DNA of 64,000 bases from NCBI GenBank assembly GCA_963747215.1, contig CAVVET010000029.1:79688-143687 (forward strand), given 5' to 3'. Origin of the DNA: an uncultured Acidimicrobiales bacterium (lineage in GTDB: Bacteria; Actinomycetota; Acidimicrobiia; Acidimicrobiales; DATKAS01). Every line of letters begins with the position of its first letter. Position 1 is the first letter of the stretch. The translations under genes and the position numbers were made by a program. The notes under the pieces were generated by a model. That model had not been told where the DNA came from and searched no databases. It saw only the letters and a program-made list of their open reading frames with translations. This document shows, one piece after another, positions 35,625 through 44,848 of the stretch.

Positions 35625-36983
35625 TCAGAGCGACGCGATGAGCTTCTCGACGCGCTCGTCCCGCGACTTGAACGGGTCTTTGCACAGCACCGTTCGTTGG
35701 GCCTGGTCATTCAGCTTCAGATGCACCCAGTCGACCGTGTAATCGCGCTTGCGCTCTTTCGCCCGCCGGATGAACTCGCCCCGCAGTCGTGCTCGCGTCG
35801 TCTGCGGCGGAGTGTCGACGGCGGTGTCGATGTCGGCGTCGGTGCACATCCGCTCCACCAGGTTCTTCTGCTGCATGCGGTAGAAGAGCCCTCGCGCCCG
35901 ATTGACATCGTGGTACTGCAGGTCCATCAACGCGACTTTGGGATGACTGAGCGGCAAGTCGTGCTTGGCGCGGTAGGCCTCGATGAGTCGGTGCTTGATG
36001 ACCCAGTCGCACTCGCGGTCGAGCGACAGCGGGTCCTCCTGGATCTGCGTGAGGCAGTGCTCCCACATCTTGAGCGCCTGCATCTCGAGCGGACTGAAGC
36101 CCTTCGCGTCGGCGTAGCGCAGCGCTCGACTGAGATACTCGCCCTGGATCTCGAGCGCGCTCGCCTCACGGCCGTTCGCGAGACGCACCCGACGAGTGCA
36201 GGTCATGTCGTGGCTGATCTCGCGGATCGCCCGGATGGGGTTCTCGAGCGTCATGTCGCGAAGCACACACGACGGGTCCTCGAGCATCCGCAGGAGGATG
36301 CTGGTCGTGCCGACCTTGAGGAACGTGGCGTACTCGCTCATGTTCGAGTCGCCCACGATCACGTGGAGCCGCCGGAAGCGCTCCGCATCCGCATGAGGTT
36401 CGTCGCGCGTGTTGATGATGGGCCGGCTCCGCGTCGTCGCGCTCGAGACACCTTCCCAGATGTGCTCGGCGCGTTGGCTCACGCAGTACATCGCGCCGCG
36501 AGCAGTCTGGAGCACCTTCCCCGCTCCGGCGAAGATCTGCCGGCTCACGAAGAACGGGATGAGCACCTCCGCGTAGTGACCGAAGTCGTCGCGCCGGCTC
36601 GTGAGGTAGTTCTCGTGGCAGCCGTAGGAGTTGCCCGCCGAATCGGTGTTGTTCTTGAAGAGGTAGATGACACCCCGGATGCCCTCCTCCCGCAGCCGCT
36701 GCTCCGCGCTCGCCAGAAGCTGTTCGAGGATGCGCTCGCCGGCCTTGTCGTGGACGACGAGGTCGTAGATCGAGTCGCACTCGGGCGTGGCGTACTCGGG
36801 GTGGCTGCCGACGTCGAGGTAGAGGCGAGCGCCGTTCGCGAGGAAGACGTTCGAGCTGCGACCCCACGACACGACCCGGCGGAACAGGTAGCGCGCGACC
36901 TCGTCAGGACTGAGTCGGCGCTGCCCGCGCAACGTGCACGTGACGCCGTATTCGTTCTCGAGGCCGAAGATCCGGCGCTCCAT
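35625..36983 (-). CDS. pafA: Pup--protein ligase PafA
   Basis: [66 protein letters not shown] is near-identical in pattern to mycobacterial PafA. The 452-aa frame is intact. Confidence 0.92.
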   Translation of the reverse strand: MERRIFGLENEYGVTCTLRGQRRLSPDEVARYLFRRVVSWGRSSNVFLANGARLYLDVGSHPEYATPECDSIYDLVVHDKAGERILEQLLASAEQRLREEGIRGVIYLFKNNTDSAGNSYGCHENYLTSRRDDFGHYAEVLIPFFVSRQIFAGAGKVLQTARGAMYCVSQRAEHIWEGVSSATTRSRPIINTRDEPHADAERFRRLHVIVGDSNMSEYATFLKVGTTSILLRMLEDPSCVLRDMTLENPIRAIREISHDMTCTRRVRLANGREASALEIQGEYLSRALRYADAKGFSPLEMQALKMWEHCLTQIQEDPLSLDRECDWVIKHRLIEAYRAKHDLPLSHPKVALMDLQYHDVNRARGLFYRMQQKNLVERMCTDADIDTAVDTPPQTTRARLRGEFIRRAKERKRDYTVDWVHLKLNDQAQRTVLCKDPFKSRDERVEKLIASL

Positions 36984-37057
36984 CCCGCCAACCTACCGGC
37001 GCTCGCACGGACCAGGACGCACCCCGGGGTACGCTTCCACCGATGCGACAGGGCCGA

Positions 37058-37372
37058 ATGGTGCGCCTGGCCACCGTGCAGTCAGGTTTCGAGGCCAAGG
37101 TCATGGCCGCCCGACTGGGAGCGGAGGGCATCGTCTGGGAGCTCCGCGGAGGCGTCGACGGGCCTTATCCCATGGGTCCGGTGCACGTGCTCGTCGACGA
37201 GGACGATCTCGATGTCGCCCGAGAGCTGATGCTCGTCGACGACATCGAGTCGGCGTTCGAAGAGTCACAGGGGTCGTCGACGCGGTCGACGATCTTGATG
37301 TGGGTCGCGCTCGCTGCCGTCGTCGTCGTGGCAGCCAGCACGTTCTTGCGGGTGCTGGCCGCCACGCAGTGA
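37058..37372 (+). CDS. DUF2007-like small protein with C-terminal TM helix
   Basis: MVRLATVQSGFEAKVMAARLGAEGIVWEL...VHVLVDEDDLDVAREL shows the DUF2007 fold pattern, followed by ILMWVALAAVVVVAASTFL. The start is ATG 37058 within ORF 37043-37372. Confidence 0.55.
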   Translation: MVRLATVQSGFEAKVMAARLGAEGIVWELRGGVDGPYPMGPVHVLVDEDDLDVARELMLVDDIESAFEESQGSSTRSTILMWVALAAVVVVAASTFLRVLAATQ

Positions 37373-37376
37373 CGTC

Positions 37377-38258
37377 CTAAGAAACTTCGAACTCTCCCGA
37401 CACGAGCGTCTCGCCGGTCTCGTCGTCGCTGTTGCCCGCGAGGACGTACCGGCCCGATTCGAGGTCGATCACGATGTAGCCGGTCGAGCCCGGCGGCATC
37501 GACTCACTGAAGCCGGCGACGAGCGGGGCGGGGAACTCGAGCGGCACGGTCTCGCCGGTGCCGATCGATCCGAAGTAGGCGCCGATCGCGGCGTCGAAGT
37601 CACCGATGGACGCTTCGGTCGGGCCGGCCATGTTGAAGTCGGACGGAACGGAGGCGCTGTTCGTCACCTCATACGTGCCCGACTGGATGCCGTCCGGCAC
37701 GACGAAGCTGTCATCGGTGACGTCGATCGTGCCCTGCGTCTCGGGTGCCGGCGTGTCGCCCTCACCGATCGCGAGGTCGGCGACCATGCCCAGCGCTGCG
37801 TGCGGCTGTCCATCAGGCGATGGGAGGAAGCACACGAGCACATAGCTGCCCGTCGGGAAGTCGGCGACGCTCGTCTCGGCGTCACCCGAAGCGAGGAGCC
37901 CGGGGGTGCCGTAGAAGACGCCGTCGAATGGCTGATCGAAGATCTCCGCGAAGGCGGCCTCGTCGGGCTGCTCCTGGCTCGTGAGGATCGGCAGCGCGTC
38001 GGCCGACGTCTTGCCGTCTTGCAGCTTGAACGGAACGAGGATGTGGGGCTCTTCGCCGTCGTTCTCGAACGTGATCTGCACGAAGCCGCCCGTGGCCTCA
38101 CCTTCGATGGCGAAGGCGTACTCCGACGCGGTGATCGTGAGCGCGTTGTCCGAGTCGCCCCCACCGCCGCTGTCGGAGTCGTCGCCGCACGCGGCGAGTG
38201 TGATCCCTGCGATGAGAACTGCGGCCGTGGCTGTCCCGATGCATCGCTTCGTTCTCAT
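37377..38258 (-). CDS. Secreted lipoprotein of unknown function (possible cupredoxin-like first domain)
   Basis: Lipobox IAGITLAAC. Two beta-rich halves. The first half has EEPH...YVLVCFLPSPDGQPHAALGM, an H / C-x9-H-x4-M arrangement like a type-1 Cu site; the second half lacks these residues. A GGGAGGAA Shine-Dalgarno lies upstream. Confidence 0.6.
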   Translation of the reverse strand: MRTKRCIGTATAAVLIAGITLAACGDDSDSGGGGDSDNALTITASEYAFAIEGEATGGFVQITFENDGEEPHILVPFKLQDGKTSADALPILTSQEQPDEAAFAEIFDQPFDGVFYGTPGLLASGDAETSVADFPTGSYVLVCFLPSPDGQPHAALGMVADLAIGEGDTPAPETQGTIDVTDDSFVVPDGIQSGTYEVTNSASVPSDFNMAGPTEASIGDFDAAIGAYFGSIGTGETVPLEFPAPLVAGFSESMPPGSTGYIVIDLESGRYVLAGNSDDETGETLVSGEFEVS

Positions 38259-38326
38259 GAAGTTCCTCCCTCGCCGATCACACCTTGACGACGGAGGGTA
38301 GGAGACCGCGCGAGATTGACGAAAAG

Positions 38327-39005
38327 TCAGCTGAGAAGGTCGCGCACCTGATCGTCCTCGAGGCGGCGGAACGCGCGGCGGCCGTTGCTGCGGGCGAGGA
38401 GCGCGACCTCGAGATCATCCGGTCCGAGCGTGCGGTCAGGACCAGCCAGGGCGCCGACCGCGACCCTCAGCGCGTCGCGTAGAGAAAGCCCCTCGGACCA
38501 GGTCTCCGCGACGCGCTCGGCGATCACTTCGCTCTCGCCGCCGAGGACGCTGTAGCGGTGCTCGTCGACGACGGTGCCGTCGTAGAGGATGTGGAACATC
38601 TGGTCCCCGCCGCGGCTCTTCGCGCACTTCCGCGACGAGGATCTCGACCTCCATCGGCTTGACCTCGTGCGTGAAGATCTGACCGAGGATCTGCGAGTAC
38701 TGATTGGCGAGCGAGCGCGCATCGACGTCGTCGCGGCTGTAGGCGTAGCCCTTGAGGTCGGCCGCGCGCACTCCGGCGACACGCAGCTGGTCGTATTCGT
38801 TGTAGCGGCCCACTCCCCCGAACGCGATGCGGTCGTAGATCTCGCTGACCTTGCGGAGGGTGCTGCTCGGGTTCTCGGCGACGATGAGGATGCCTTCGTC
38901 GTAGGTGACCGCGGCAAGGCTGCGTCCCCGCGCGATGCCCTTCCGCGCGTAGTCCGCGCGGTCCTTCATCATCTGCTCGGGAGCGACGTAGAACGGCATG
39001 CTCAT
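38327..39005 (-). pseudogene. prcA: Proteasome subunit alpha, frameshift in a G-run near 38610
   Basis: [29 protein letters not shown]...[18 protein letters not shown]...[12 protein letters not shown] in ORF 38436-39005. The C-terminus [26 protein letters not shown]... is in ORF 38327-38917. The ATG overlaps the prcB stop (ATGA). Confidence 0.9.
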
Positions 39006-39796
39006 TGTGGCGGCCCTCCGTTCGCCGAGAGCGCCTCGAGAAGCGCGCGGAACCGCTGGCCCAGCTCCTCGTCACTGAGTCGCTCGAAGCCGTTCGCGGT
39101 GATGGTCGCGACGACTGGGTAGAGGTTGCGCATCAGGTCGGGGCCACCGGTGGCGGAGTCCTCGTCCGCCGCCTCGAACAATGCCCGCAGGCACAGGTCG
39201 ACGGCCTCGTCACGATGCATGCCCTCGCGGTACCCCACCTTGATGACAGTGCCGGCGTGGAGGCTGCCCGAGCCCGTCGCACTGTGGTCGCGCTCCTCGT
39301 AGCGGCCGCCCGTCACGTCGTACGAGAAGAGCCGACCGTTGCCGCGCCGGGTGTCGAAGCCGGCGAAGATCGGCACGACGACGAGTCCCTGCATCGCTGC
39401 GGGCAGATTGGAGCGGATCATCTGGCTGAGCTGGTTCGCCTTGCCGTCGAGGCTGAGCGCGTCGCCCTCGACCTTCTCGTAGTGCTCGAGCTGCAGCTGG
39501 AACAGCTTCACCATCTCCATCGCAGGACCCGCCGCGCCGGCGACCGCGACACCCGAGAAGCGATCCGCCGCAAAGACCTTCTCCATCGTGCGGTGGCTGA
39601 TGAGGTTGCCGGAGGTCGCTCGGCGGTCGCCCGCCATGACCACGCCTTCGGCGTAACGCACCGCGACGCAGGTGGTCGCGTGCGTGACGGGCATCACGAC
39701 GCCCGGCTGTGGCAGCGGATCGTGACCGACGCGGCGCAGGAGGTTGGCAAAGCTGGGGCCGGGATCGTCCGCCGGCGGAAAGAGGGGCATGGACAT
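39002..39796 (-). CDS. prcB: Proteasome subunit beta (with propeptide)
   Basis: ...[36 protein letters not shown] gives Thr-1 after propeptide cleavage. ...SATGSGS... is also present. The start is taken at ATG 39796 (MSMPLFPP); the listed ORF extends to 39856. Confidence 0.9.
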   Translation of the reverse strand: MSMPLFPPADDPGPSFANLLRRVGHDPLPQPGVVMPVTHATTCVAVRYAEGVVMAGDRRATSGNLISHRTMEKVFAADRFSGVAVAGAAGPAMEMVKLFQLQLEHYEKVEGDALSLDGKANQLSQMIRSNLPAAMQGLVVVPIFAGFDTRRGNGRLFSYDVTGGRYEERDHSATGSGSLHAGTVIKVGYREGMHRDEAVDLCLRALFEAADEDSATGGPDLMRNLYPVVATITANGFERLSDEELGQRFRALLEALSANGGPPQ

Positions 39797-39810
39797 AGGT
39801 GTCGCCGAGG

Positions 39811-40255
39811 CTACAGAGGTCGGACCAGAAGCAGAGGCAAGTCGCCCTCCCACCAACCGGGGAATGTCTTGGCAGGCAGGAAGCCGCGGGCGCGGTAGAA
39901 CGCGCGGGTCGGGACGTACTCATCGGCATCGCCGCTCGTCATGACGAGAAGGAGCCGCGTGCCTGCCTGGCGTTCCTCGTCGGCGAGCTTCTCGACGAGG
40001 GCAGTGCCGATTCCCTGTCGCGCGCCGCTCGCGCTGCACGGCCATCCAGGAGATCTCCGCGCAACCCTCGAAGGGACGCTCCACGGTCAGGAAGCCGATG
40101 ACCTCCCCGTGCTCCTCGGCCACGAAGCCCGGCTCGCTGCGCACCGCTGCCGCGCAGGCGTCGATGCCGCTCTGCAGCCCGAAGAAGTCGGGCAGGCTCG
40201 CCAGCACGGCGTCGCATGCGGGCGCGTCAGCGACCTCGATCTTTCGAATGTTCAC
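39811..40255 (-). pseudogene. GNAT family N-acetyltransferase lying between pup and prcB, frameshift near 40015
   Basis: ORF 39920-40255 (MNIRKIEVADAPACDAVL...VIGFLTVE...AEISWMAVQRERR) then loses sense. The shifted frame gives GQGIGTALVEKLADEERQAGTRLLLVMT...YVPTRAFYRARGFL...LLLVRPL-TAG (39811-39813), 15 nt upstream of the prcB ATG. The GTG start overlaps the upstream stop. Confidence 0.7.
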
Positions 40256-40791
40256 CGAGAGACGCGCAGCGCGGAGATTCGCCGTTTCGTCGCGACGTAC
40301 ACCAGCGCGGCGTCGATGCGACCGAGGTCGTCTTGGAGGTGGCCGAGCGCGGCGTTGCAGCTGAAGCAGAGCAAGCCCCGGACGTAGCCGCTCTCGTGGT
40401 CGTGGTCGACATGGAGGCTCTTACCCGCCTTGGGGGCACGCCCGCACACCGCGCACCCTCCCCCCTGCTCGGCCAGCCGGGCCTCGTACTCCTCCGGCGT
40501 GATGCCGAACGTCCGCTTGAGATGCGACCGGCGCGAGTTCAATGCGGATAGTCGGAATCGTCGACTGTAGCGGCCCGGGTCTCCGCGTAGCGATCGGGAT
40601 TCGTCCTGCTGCCACGCCTGCACTCGATCGATATCCGTTGCGGTAGCCCTCGTCGGTGGCGTACACGCTAGCAGCTGCGGCAAGGTTGCAGATCTTGCAT
40701 TCGGATCGGTAGCCGTCGCGCATGCCCGGCAGCGCGGTAGATAGGCGTCGAAGCGGCTTCAATCTCGTTGCAGATCGCGACAACGCTTCAC
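40252..40791 (-). pseudogene. Recombination endonuclease VII (PF02945-type) domain protein, several frameshifts
   Basis: ORF 40252-40683 ends with HLKRTFGITPEEYEARLAEQGGGCAVCGRAPKAGKSLHVDHDHESGYVRGLLCFSCNAALG, the Endonuclease_7 signature. N-terminal fragments (VKRCR.CNEI / KPL... / MRDGYRSECKICNLAAAASVY...) sit in other frames. The GTG 40791 start is tentative. Confidence 0.7.
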
Positions 40792-40820
40792 CGCCGCAGC
40801 GTACGGACGGGGGTGGGAGG

Positions 40821-41039
40821 TCAGAGCCGACCACGAAGCGTGTCTACTCGCCCGCCCTTCTGCACATAGGACTTTACGAACTCCTCCGCGTTTTCCTCGA
40901 GCACGCCGTCGATTTCGTCCAACAGATCGTCGAGGTCCGCCTTGATCTGCTCGCCGGGCTTCGAGGCGGGAGGGGCCTCTTCGACCACCTCGTCGGTTCT
41001 CGCCGGCGCCGCCTTCTTCTTCTCGATCCTCTCGGCCAT
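40821..41039 (-). CDS. pup: Prokaryotic ubiquitin-like protein Pup (C-terminus aberrant as sequenced)
   Basis: MAERIEKKKAAPARTDEVVEEAPPASKPGEQIKADLDDLLDEIDGVLEENAEEFVKSYVQKGG is the canonical Pup pattern. As sequenced it continues RVDTLRGRL-stop. Removing one G from AAGGGCGGGCGAGTAG gives ...KGGE-TAG (stop 40844-40846). Confidence 0.9.
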   Translation of the reverse strand: MAERIEKKKAAPARTDEVVEEAPPASKPGEQIKADLDDLLDEIDGVLEENAEEFVKSYVQKGGRVDTLRGRL

Positions 41040-41059
41040 CTCTGTTCTCCCGCTCCTGC

Positions 41060-42549
41060 CTACGAGCCCAACCGCTCGAGGAGCTCGGCGGCCGTCTCGC
41101 ACTCGTCGATCAACCTACCCACATGGGCAGCCGTTCCACGCAACGGTTCCATCATCGGCACGCGGCGCAGCGGATCGGAGCCAACGTCGAAGACCAGTGA
41201 GTCCCAGTTCGCAGCCACGATGTCGGCTCCCCACTTCTGCAGGCACTTGCCCCGAAAGTACGCCCTCGTGGTCTCGGGAGGCTCGGTCATTGCCCATTCG
41301 ACCTGCTCATCGGTGACGACACGCTGCATCGGCATCCGGGCGAACAACGACTTCTCGGGCCGCAGGTCGTGGTACTGCAGGTCCATCGCCCGCAGCCGAG
41401 CGTCGTTCCAGCCGATGCCGTGCCGCTCGCGGTACCCCTCGAACAGCCGGTACTTCGCGACCCAATCGAGCTGATCGGCGAGGCTCGTGAAGTCGGTCTC
41501 GAGCGCGGTGAGCACGTTGCCCCACCGCGCGAGCACATCGGCCCCGACTGCCTCCCCCGACGGACTCGAGCCCGTGCTCGAGCTCGATACTTCTTCGCGC
41601 GGTCGAAGAGCTCCCACTGGATCTCGAGGGCGGTGACTCGCCGTCCGTCGGCCAGATCGAGCGGCTTCGCGAGCGACATGTCGTGCGACACGTCGCGCAT
41701 CGTGAGCACCGGCTTCGCCAGGCTCAGGTCGCCGGGCAACACATCGTCCTCGATCATCGCGAGCACGATCGCGGTCGTGCCGACCTTCAGATAGGTCGCG
41801 ATCTCCGAAAGGTTCGCGTCGCCGGTGATGACGTGGAGGCGCCGGTACTTCTGCGAGTCGCAGTGGGGCTCGTCGCGCGTGTTCACGATCGGACGCTTCA
41901 ACGTCGTCTCGAGCCCGACCTCCTCCTCGAAGAAGTCGGCCCGCTGGGTGATCTGGAACGGCACCTCCGCGGCGGTCAGGCCAGGCGCTTCGACGCCGAC
42001 CTTGCCGGAGCCGGTGAAGAGCTGCCGCGTGACGAAGTGCGGGATCACCTGGGCGACGATCCGCGAGAACGGCACCGCCCGGTCCATGAGGTAGTTCTCG
42101 TGGCACCCGTAGGAGTTGCCCTTGCCGTCAGAGTTGTTCTTGTAGACGACGATCTCGCCGCCCGGGGGCAACGTGCGCGCGGCCGCCTCCATGGACCGGA
42201 TCAGCACCAGCTCGGCGGCCTTGTCGTACTGCACCACCTCGAGCGCATCGGCGCACTCGGGGGTGGAGATCTCGGGATGCGCATGGTCGACGTAGTACCG
42301 CGCTCCGTTCGTCAGCACGGCGTTCACCAGGTGGGTCTCGACCTCGGGCGCCATGGTGCCGTCGGGTGAGAATCCGCGTGCGTCGCGTCCCGGCGACTCG
42401 TCCTCGAAGTCCCAGCCGACCTTGCGGTGCTGCTGCGCGACATACGCGTTGATGAGCATCGAAGACGCGGCGATCGGGTTCGACTCGCCGGCACCCCTCA
42501 GCTGGATGCCGTACTCGGTCTCGATGCCCAAGACCTTGCGTATGGCCAC
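41060..42549 (-). pseudogene. dop: Depupylase/deamidase Dop, two closely spaced frameshifts (about 41597 and about 41560)
   Basis: MAIRKVLGIETEYGI...WDFEDESPGRDARGF...LTNGARYYVDHAHPEISTPEC...[11 protein letters not shown] in ORF 41287-42549. The C-terminus ...LDWVAKYRLFEGYRERHG...MDLQYHDLRPEKSLF... is in ORF 41060-42106. The hand-restored join is LFDRAKKY|IELEHGLESVG|EAVGADVLARW. Confidence 0.9.
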
Positions 42550-42606
42550 GAATCGACCCTACTGCGCGCTCTCCGACGCGCAACCCCTACACACGGTCAG
42601 GCTGGA

Positions 42607-44373
42607 TCAGAGGTACTGGCCGGTCGCGACCCGCTCGATCGCTCGTCCACCCTCGTTCGATTCGGTGTCGGACTTGACGAGCGTGCGGATGAACACGATG
42701 CGCTCGCCCTTCTTGCCGGAGATCTTCGCCCAGTCGTCGGGGTTCGTCGTGTTCGGCAGGTCCTCGTGCTCCTTGTACTCCTGCCGGATCGACACGATGA
42801 GGTCGTCGGTGCGGATGCCCTTCGCTCCGCCGGCGATCAGCCGCTTGATTGCGACCTTCTTCGCCCGGCGCACGATGTTCTCGATCATCGCTCCCGACGC
42901 GAAGTCCTTGAAGTACATGACCTCCTTGTCGCCCTGCTGGTAGGTCACCTCCAAGAACCGGTTGTCGTCGTCGGCCCGGTACATCTCCTCGACGGTGCGT
43001 TCGATCATCACCTGCACGGCCTTGTTCCGGTCGCCACCACCGAGCTCTTGCACCTCATCCTCGGCCAAGGGGAGGTCAGCCGAGAGGTACCGGCCGAAGA
43101 TCTGCGCAGCGGCGTGCGAGTCGGGCCGTTCGATCTTGATCTTCACGTCGAGTCGGCCCGGTCGCAGGATCGCGGGGTCGATCAGATCCTCACGGTTCGA
43201 AGCCCCGATGACGATCACGTTCTTCAACGACTCGACGCCGTCGATCTCCGCGAGGAGCTGCGGAACGATGGTCGACTCCATGTCCGACGAGATGCCCGAG
43301 CCGCGTGTGCGGAACATCGAGTCCATCTCGTCGAAGAACACGATGACCGGCCAGCCCTCTTCGCTCTTCTCGCGGGCCCGTTGGAACACGAGCCGGATCT
43401 GACGCTCGGTCTCGCCGACGTACTTGTTCAGAAGCTCGGGACCCTTGATGTTCAGGAAGTAGCTCTTGGCGTCCTTGTCACCGGAGACCTCGGACACCTT
43501 CGCGGCCAACGAGTTCGCGACGGCCTTGGCGATCAGCGTCTTGCCGCAACCCGGGGGCCCGTACAAGAGGATGCCCTTCGGAGCCGGCAGCTTGTGCTCG
43601 GCGAAAAGCTCGTGGTGGATGAACGGCAGCTCGACCGCGTCGGCGATCTGCTCGATCTGGTCGTCGAGGCCGCCGACATCCGCGTAGCTGATGTCGGGCA
43701 CCTCCTCGAGGACGAGCTCTTCGACCTCGGGACGCGGCAGCTTCTCGAGGAGGAGACCGGACCGCGGATCCATCAGGATGTGATCGCCCGACCGCAGCTT
43801 CTCGCCGATGAGCACGTCCGCGAGCTCGCACACTCGCTCCTCGTCGGCCCGACCGATGACCAGCGCGCGGTGCCCGTCCTCGAGCACGTCCCTGATCGTC
43901 ACGACCTCGCCGGCCACCTCGTTGCCTCTTGCGAGCACGACGTTCAGCGACTCGTTGAGCACGACCTCCTGCCCCCGCTCGAGCTCGTCGAGATCGACCT
44001 CGGGGCTGAGCGCGACGCGCATCTTGCGTCCACCCGAGAGCACGTCGACGGTGCCGTCCTCGTTGCGCCCGACGACCACGCCGTACGCCGATGGCGGTTG
44101 GGTGAGCTTGTCGACCTCCTCGCGCAGCGCGGCGATGTGCTCGCGCGCCTCGCGCAAGGTGTAGGAGAGCTTCTCGTTCTGCGACACCGCCTGGGCGAGC
44201 TGCCCCTTGCTCTCGAGCAAGCGCTCCTCGAGCGTGCGCACCCGCTTGGGAGCGTCCTGCAGCTTGCGCCGCAGGGACAGCACCTCCTCTTCGAGGAGCT
44301 TGGCCTGCTCTCGCAGCTCGGCGAGCTCGGCGTCGTACGCCGCGAGGCGCCGGTCGTACTCGGAGTCCTCCAC
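42607..44373 (-). CDS. arc: Proteasome-associated AAA+ ATPase ARC/Mpa
   Basis: N-terminal coiled coil, OB domains, Walker A GPPGCGKT, Walker B IVFFDEMD, and the C-terminal ...ATGQYL (GQYL proteasome-docking motif). The 588-aa frame is intact. Confidence 0.93.
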   Translation of the reverse strand: MEDSEYDRRLAAYDAELAELREQAKLLEEEVLSLRRKLQDAPKRVRTLEERLLESKGQLAQAVSQNEKLSYTLREAREHIAALREEVDKLTQPPSAYGVVVGRNEDGTVDVLSGGRKMRVALSPEVDLDELERGQEVVLNESLNVVLARGNEVAGEVVTIRDVLEDGHRALVIGRADEERVCELADVLIGEKLRSGDHILMDPRSGLLLEKLPRPEVEELVLEEVPDISYADVGGLDDQIEQIADAVELPFIHHELFAEHKLPAPKGILLYGPPGCGKTLIAKAVANSLAAKVSEVSGDKDAKSYFLNIKGPELLNKYVGETERQIRLVFQRAREKSEEGWPVIVFFDEMDSMFRTRGSGISSDMESTIVPQLLAEIDGVESLKNVIVIGASNREDLIDPAILRPGRLDVKIKIERPDSHAAAQIFGRYLSADLPLAEDEVQELGGGDRNKAVQVMIERTVEEMYRADDDNRFLEVTYQQGDKEVMYFKDFASGAMIENIVRRAKKVAIKRLIAGGAKGIRTDDLIVSIRQEYKEHEDLPNTTNPDDWAKISGKKGERIVFIRTLVKSDTESNEGGRAIERVATGQYL

Positions 44374-44475
44374 GGGTGCTCACCTCCCTTGCTGCGACCT
44401 GCTCGGGACGCTACCTCAGGCACCTCACCCGAACGGGACACCCTGGGCCGCTCCCAGCCCGGCTCCCAGCATGCG

Positions 44476-44504
44476 TTGTTTCACCGGCGTTCGCCGTGTA
44501 AATT
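44476..44504 (+). promoter_or_regulatory. Candidate sigma-70-type promoter for the ferredoxin gene
   Basis: TTGTTT (44476-81), a 17-nt spacer, then TAAATT (44499-504), about 60 nt upstream of ATG 44567. The AT-rich hexamer stands out in a GC-rich intergenic region. Pattern match only. Confidence 0.3.
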
Positions 44505-44566
44505 GCGCGCACCAGCGGAGGCGGCACCACCCGAGACACCGCCCGAGAGAAAGGGCCTCGAAGGCC

Positions 44567-44812
44567 ATGAAGGTCTGGATCGATCAGGATCTCTGCACCG
44601 GCGACGGGCTCTGCGAAGAGATCGCCCCCGACGTGTTCACCCTGCTCGACGACGGGCTCGCCTACGTGAAGGAAGGCGACAAGGTGTACGCCACCGCCAA
44701 GGGCAACCCGCAGGGTGCCGACGGCATGGCCGACATCCCCGACGGCCAGCTCGACGCGGTCATCGAGTCCGCCGAGGAGTGCCCCGGCGAGTGCATCTTC
44801 ATCGAGGCCTGA
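44567..44812 (+). CDS. Ferredoxin (small single-cluster actinobacterial type)
   Basis: MKVWIDQDLCTGDGLCEEIAPDVF...ESAEECPGECIFIE shows the CxxxxxC...CP cluster ligand pattern. The start is internal ATG 44567 of ORF 44207-44812. Confidence 0.8.
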   Translation: MKVWIDQDLCTGDGLCEEIAPDVFTLLDDGLAYVKEGDKVYATAKGNPQGADGMADIPDGQLDAVIESAEECPGECIFIEA

Positions 44813-44848
44813 TTCATCAGGCCTGATCACCCAGCCTGAGCCCGAACC

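Noticed and set aside
35697-37229. 510-aa ORF antisense to pafA
   Set aside because: pafA on the other strand is intact and highly conserved. The antisense ORF has no recognisable features.
42427-44826. 799-aa ORF antisense to arc/mpa
   Set aside because: The opposite strand encodes an intact, textbook ARC ATPase ending in GQYL. The antisense product is low-complexity (L/R/D/V/G-rich) with no motifs. This is a GC-driven open frame.
44816-44827. 12-bp perfect palindrome ATCAGGCCTGAT after the ferredoxin stop as an intrinsic terminator
   Set aside because: There is no loop and no T-tract, the stem is only 6 bp, and it is partly a by-product of a direct AGGCCTGAT duplication. This is not enough to call a terminator.
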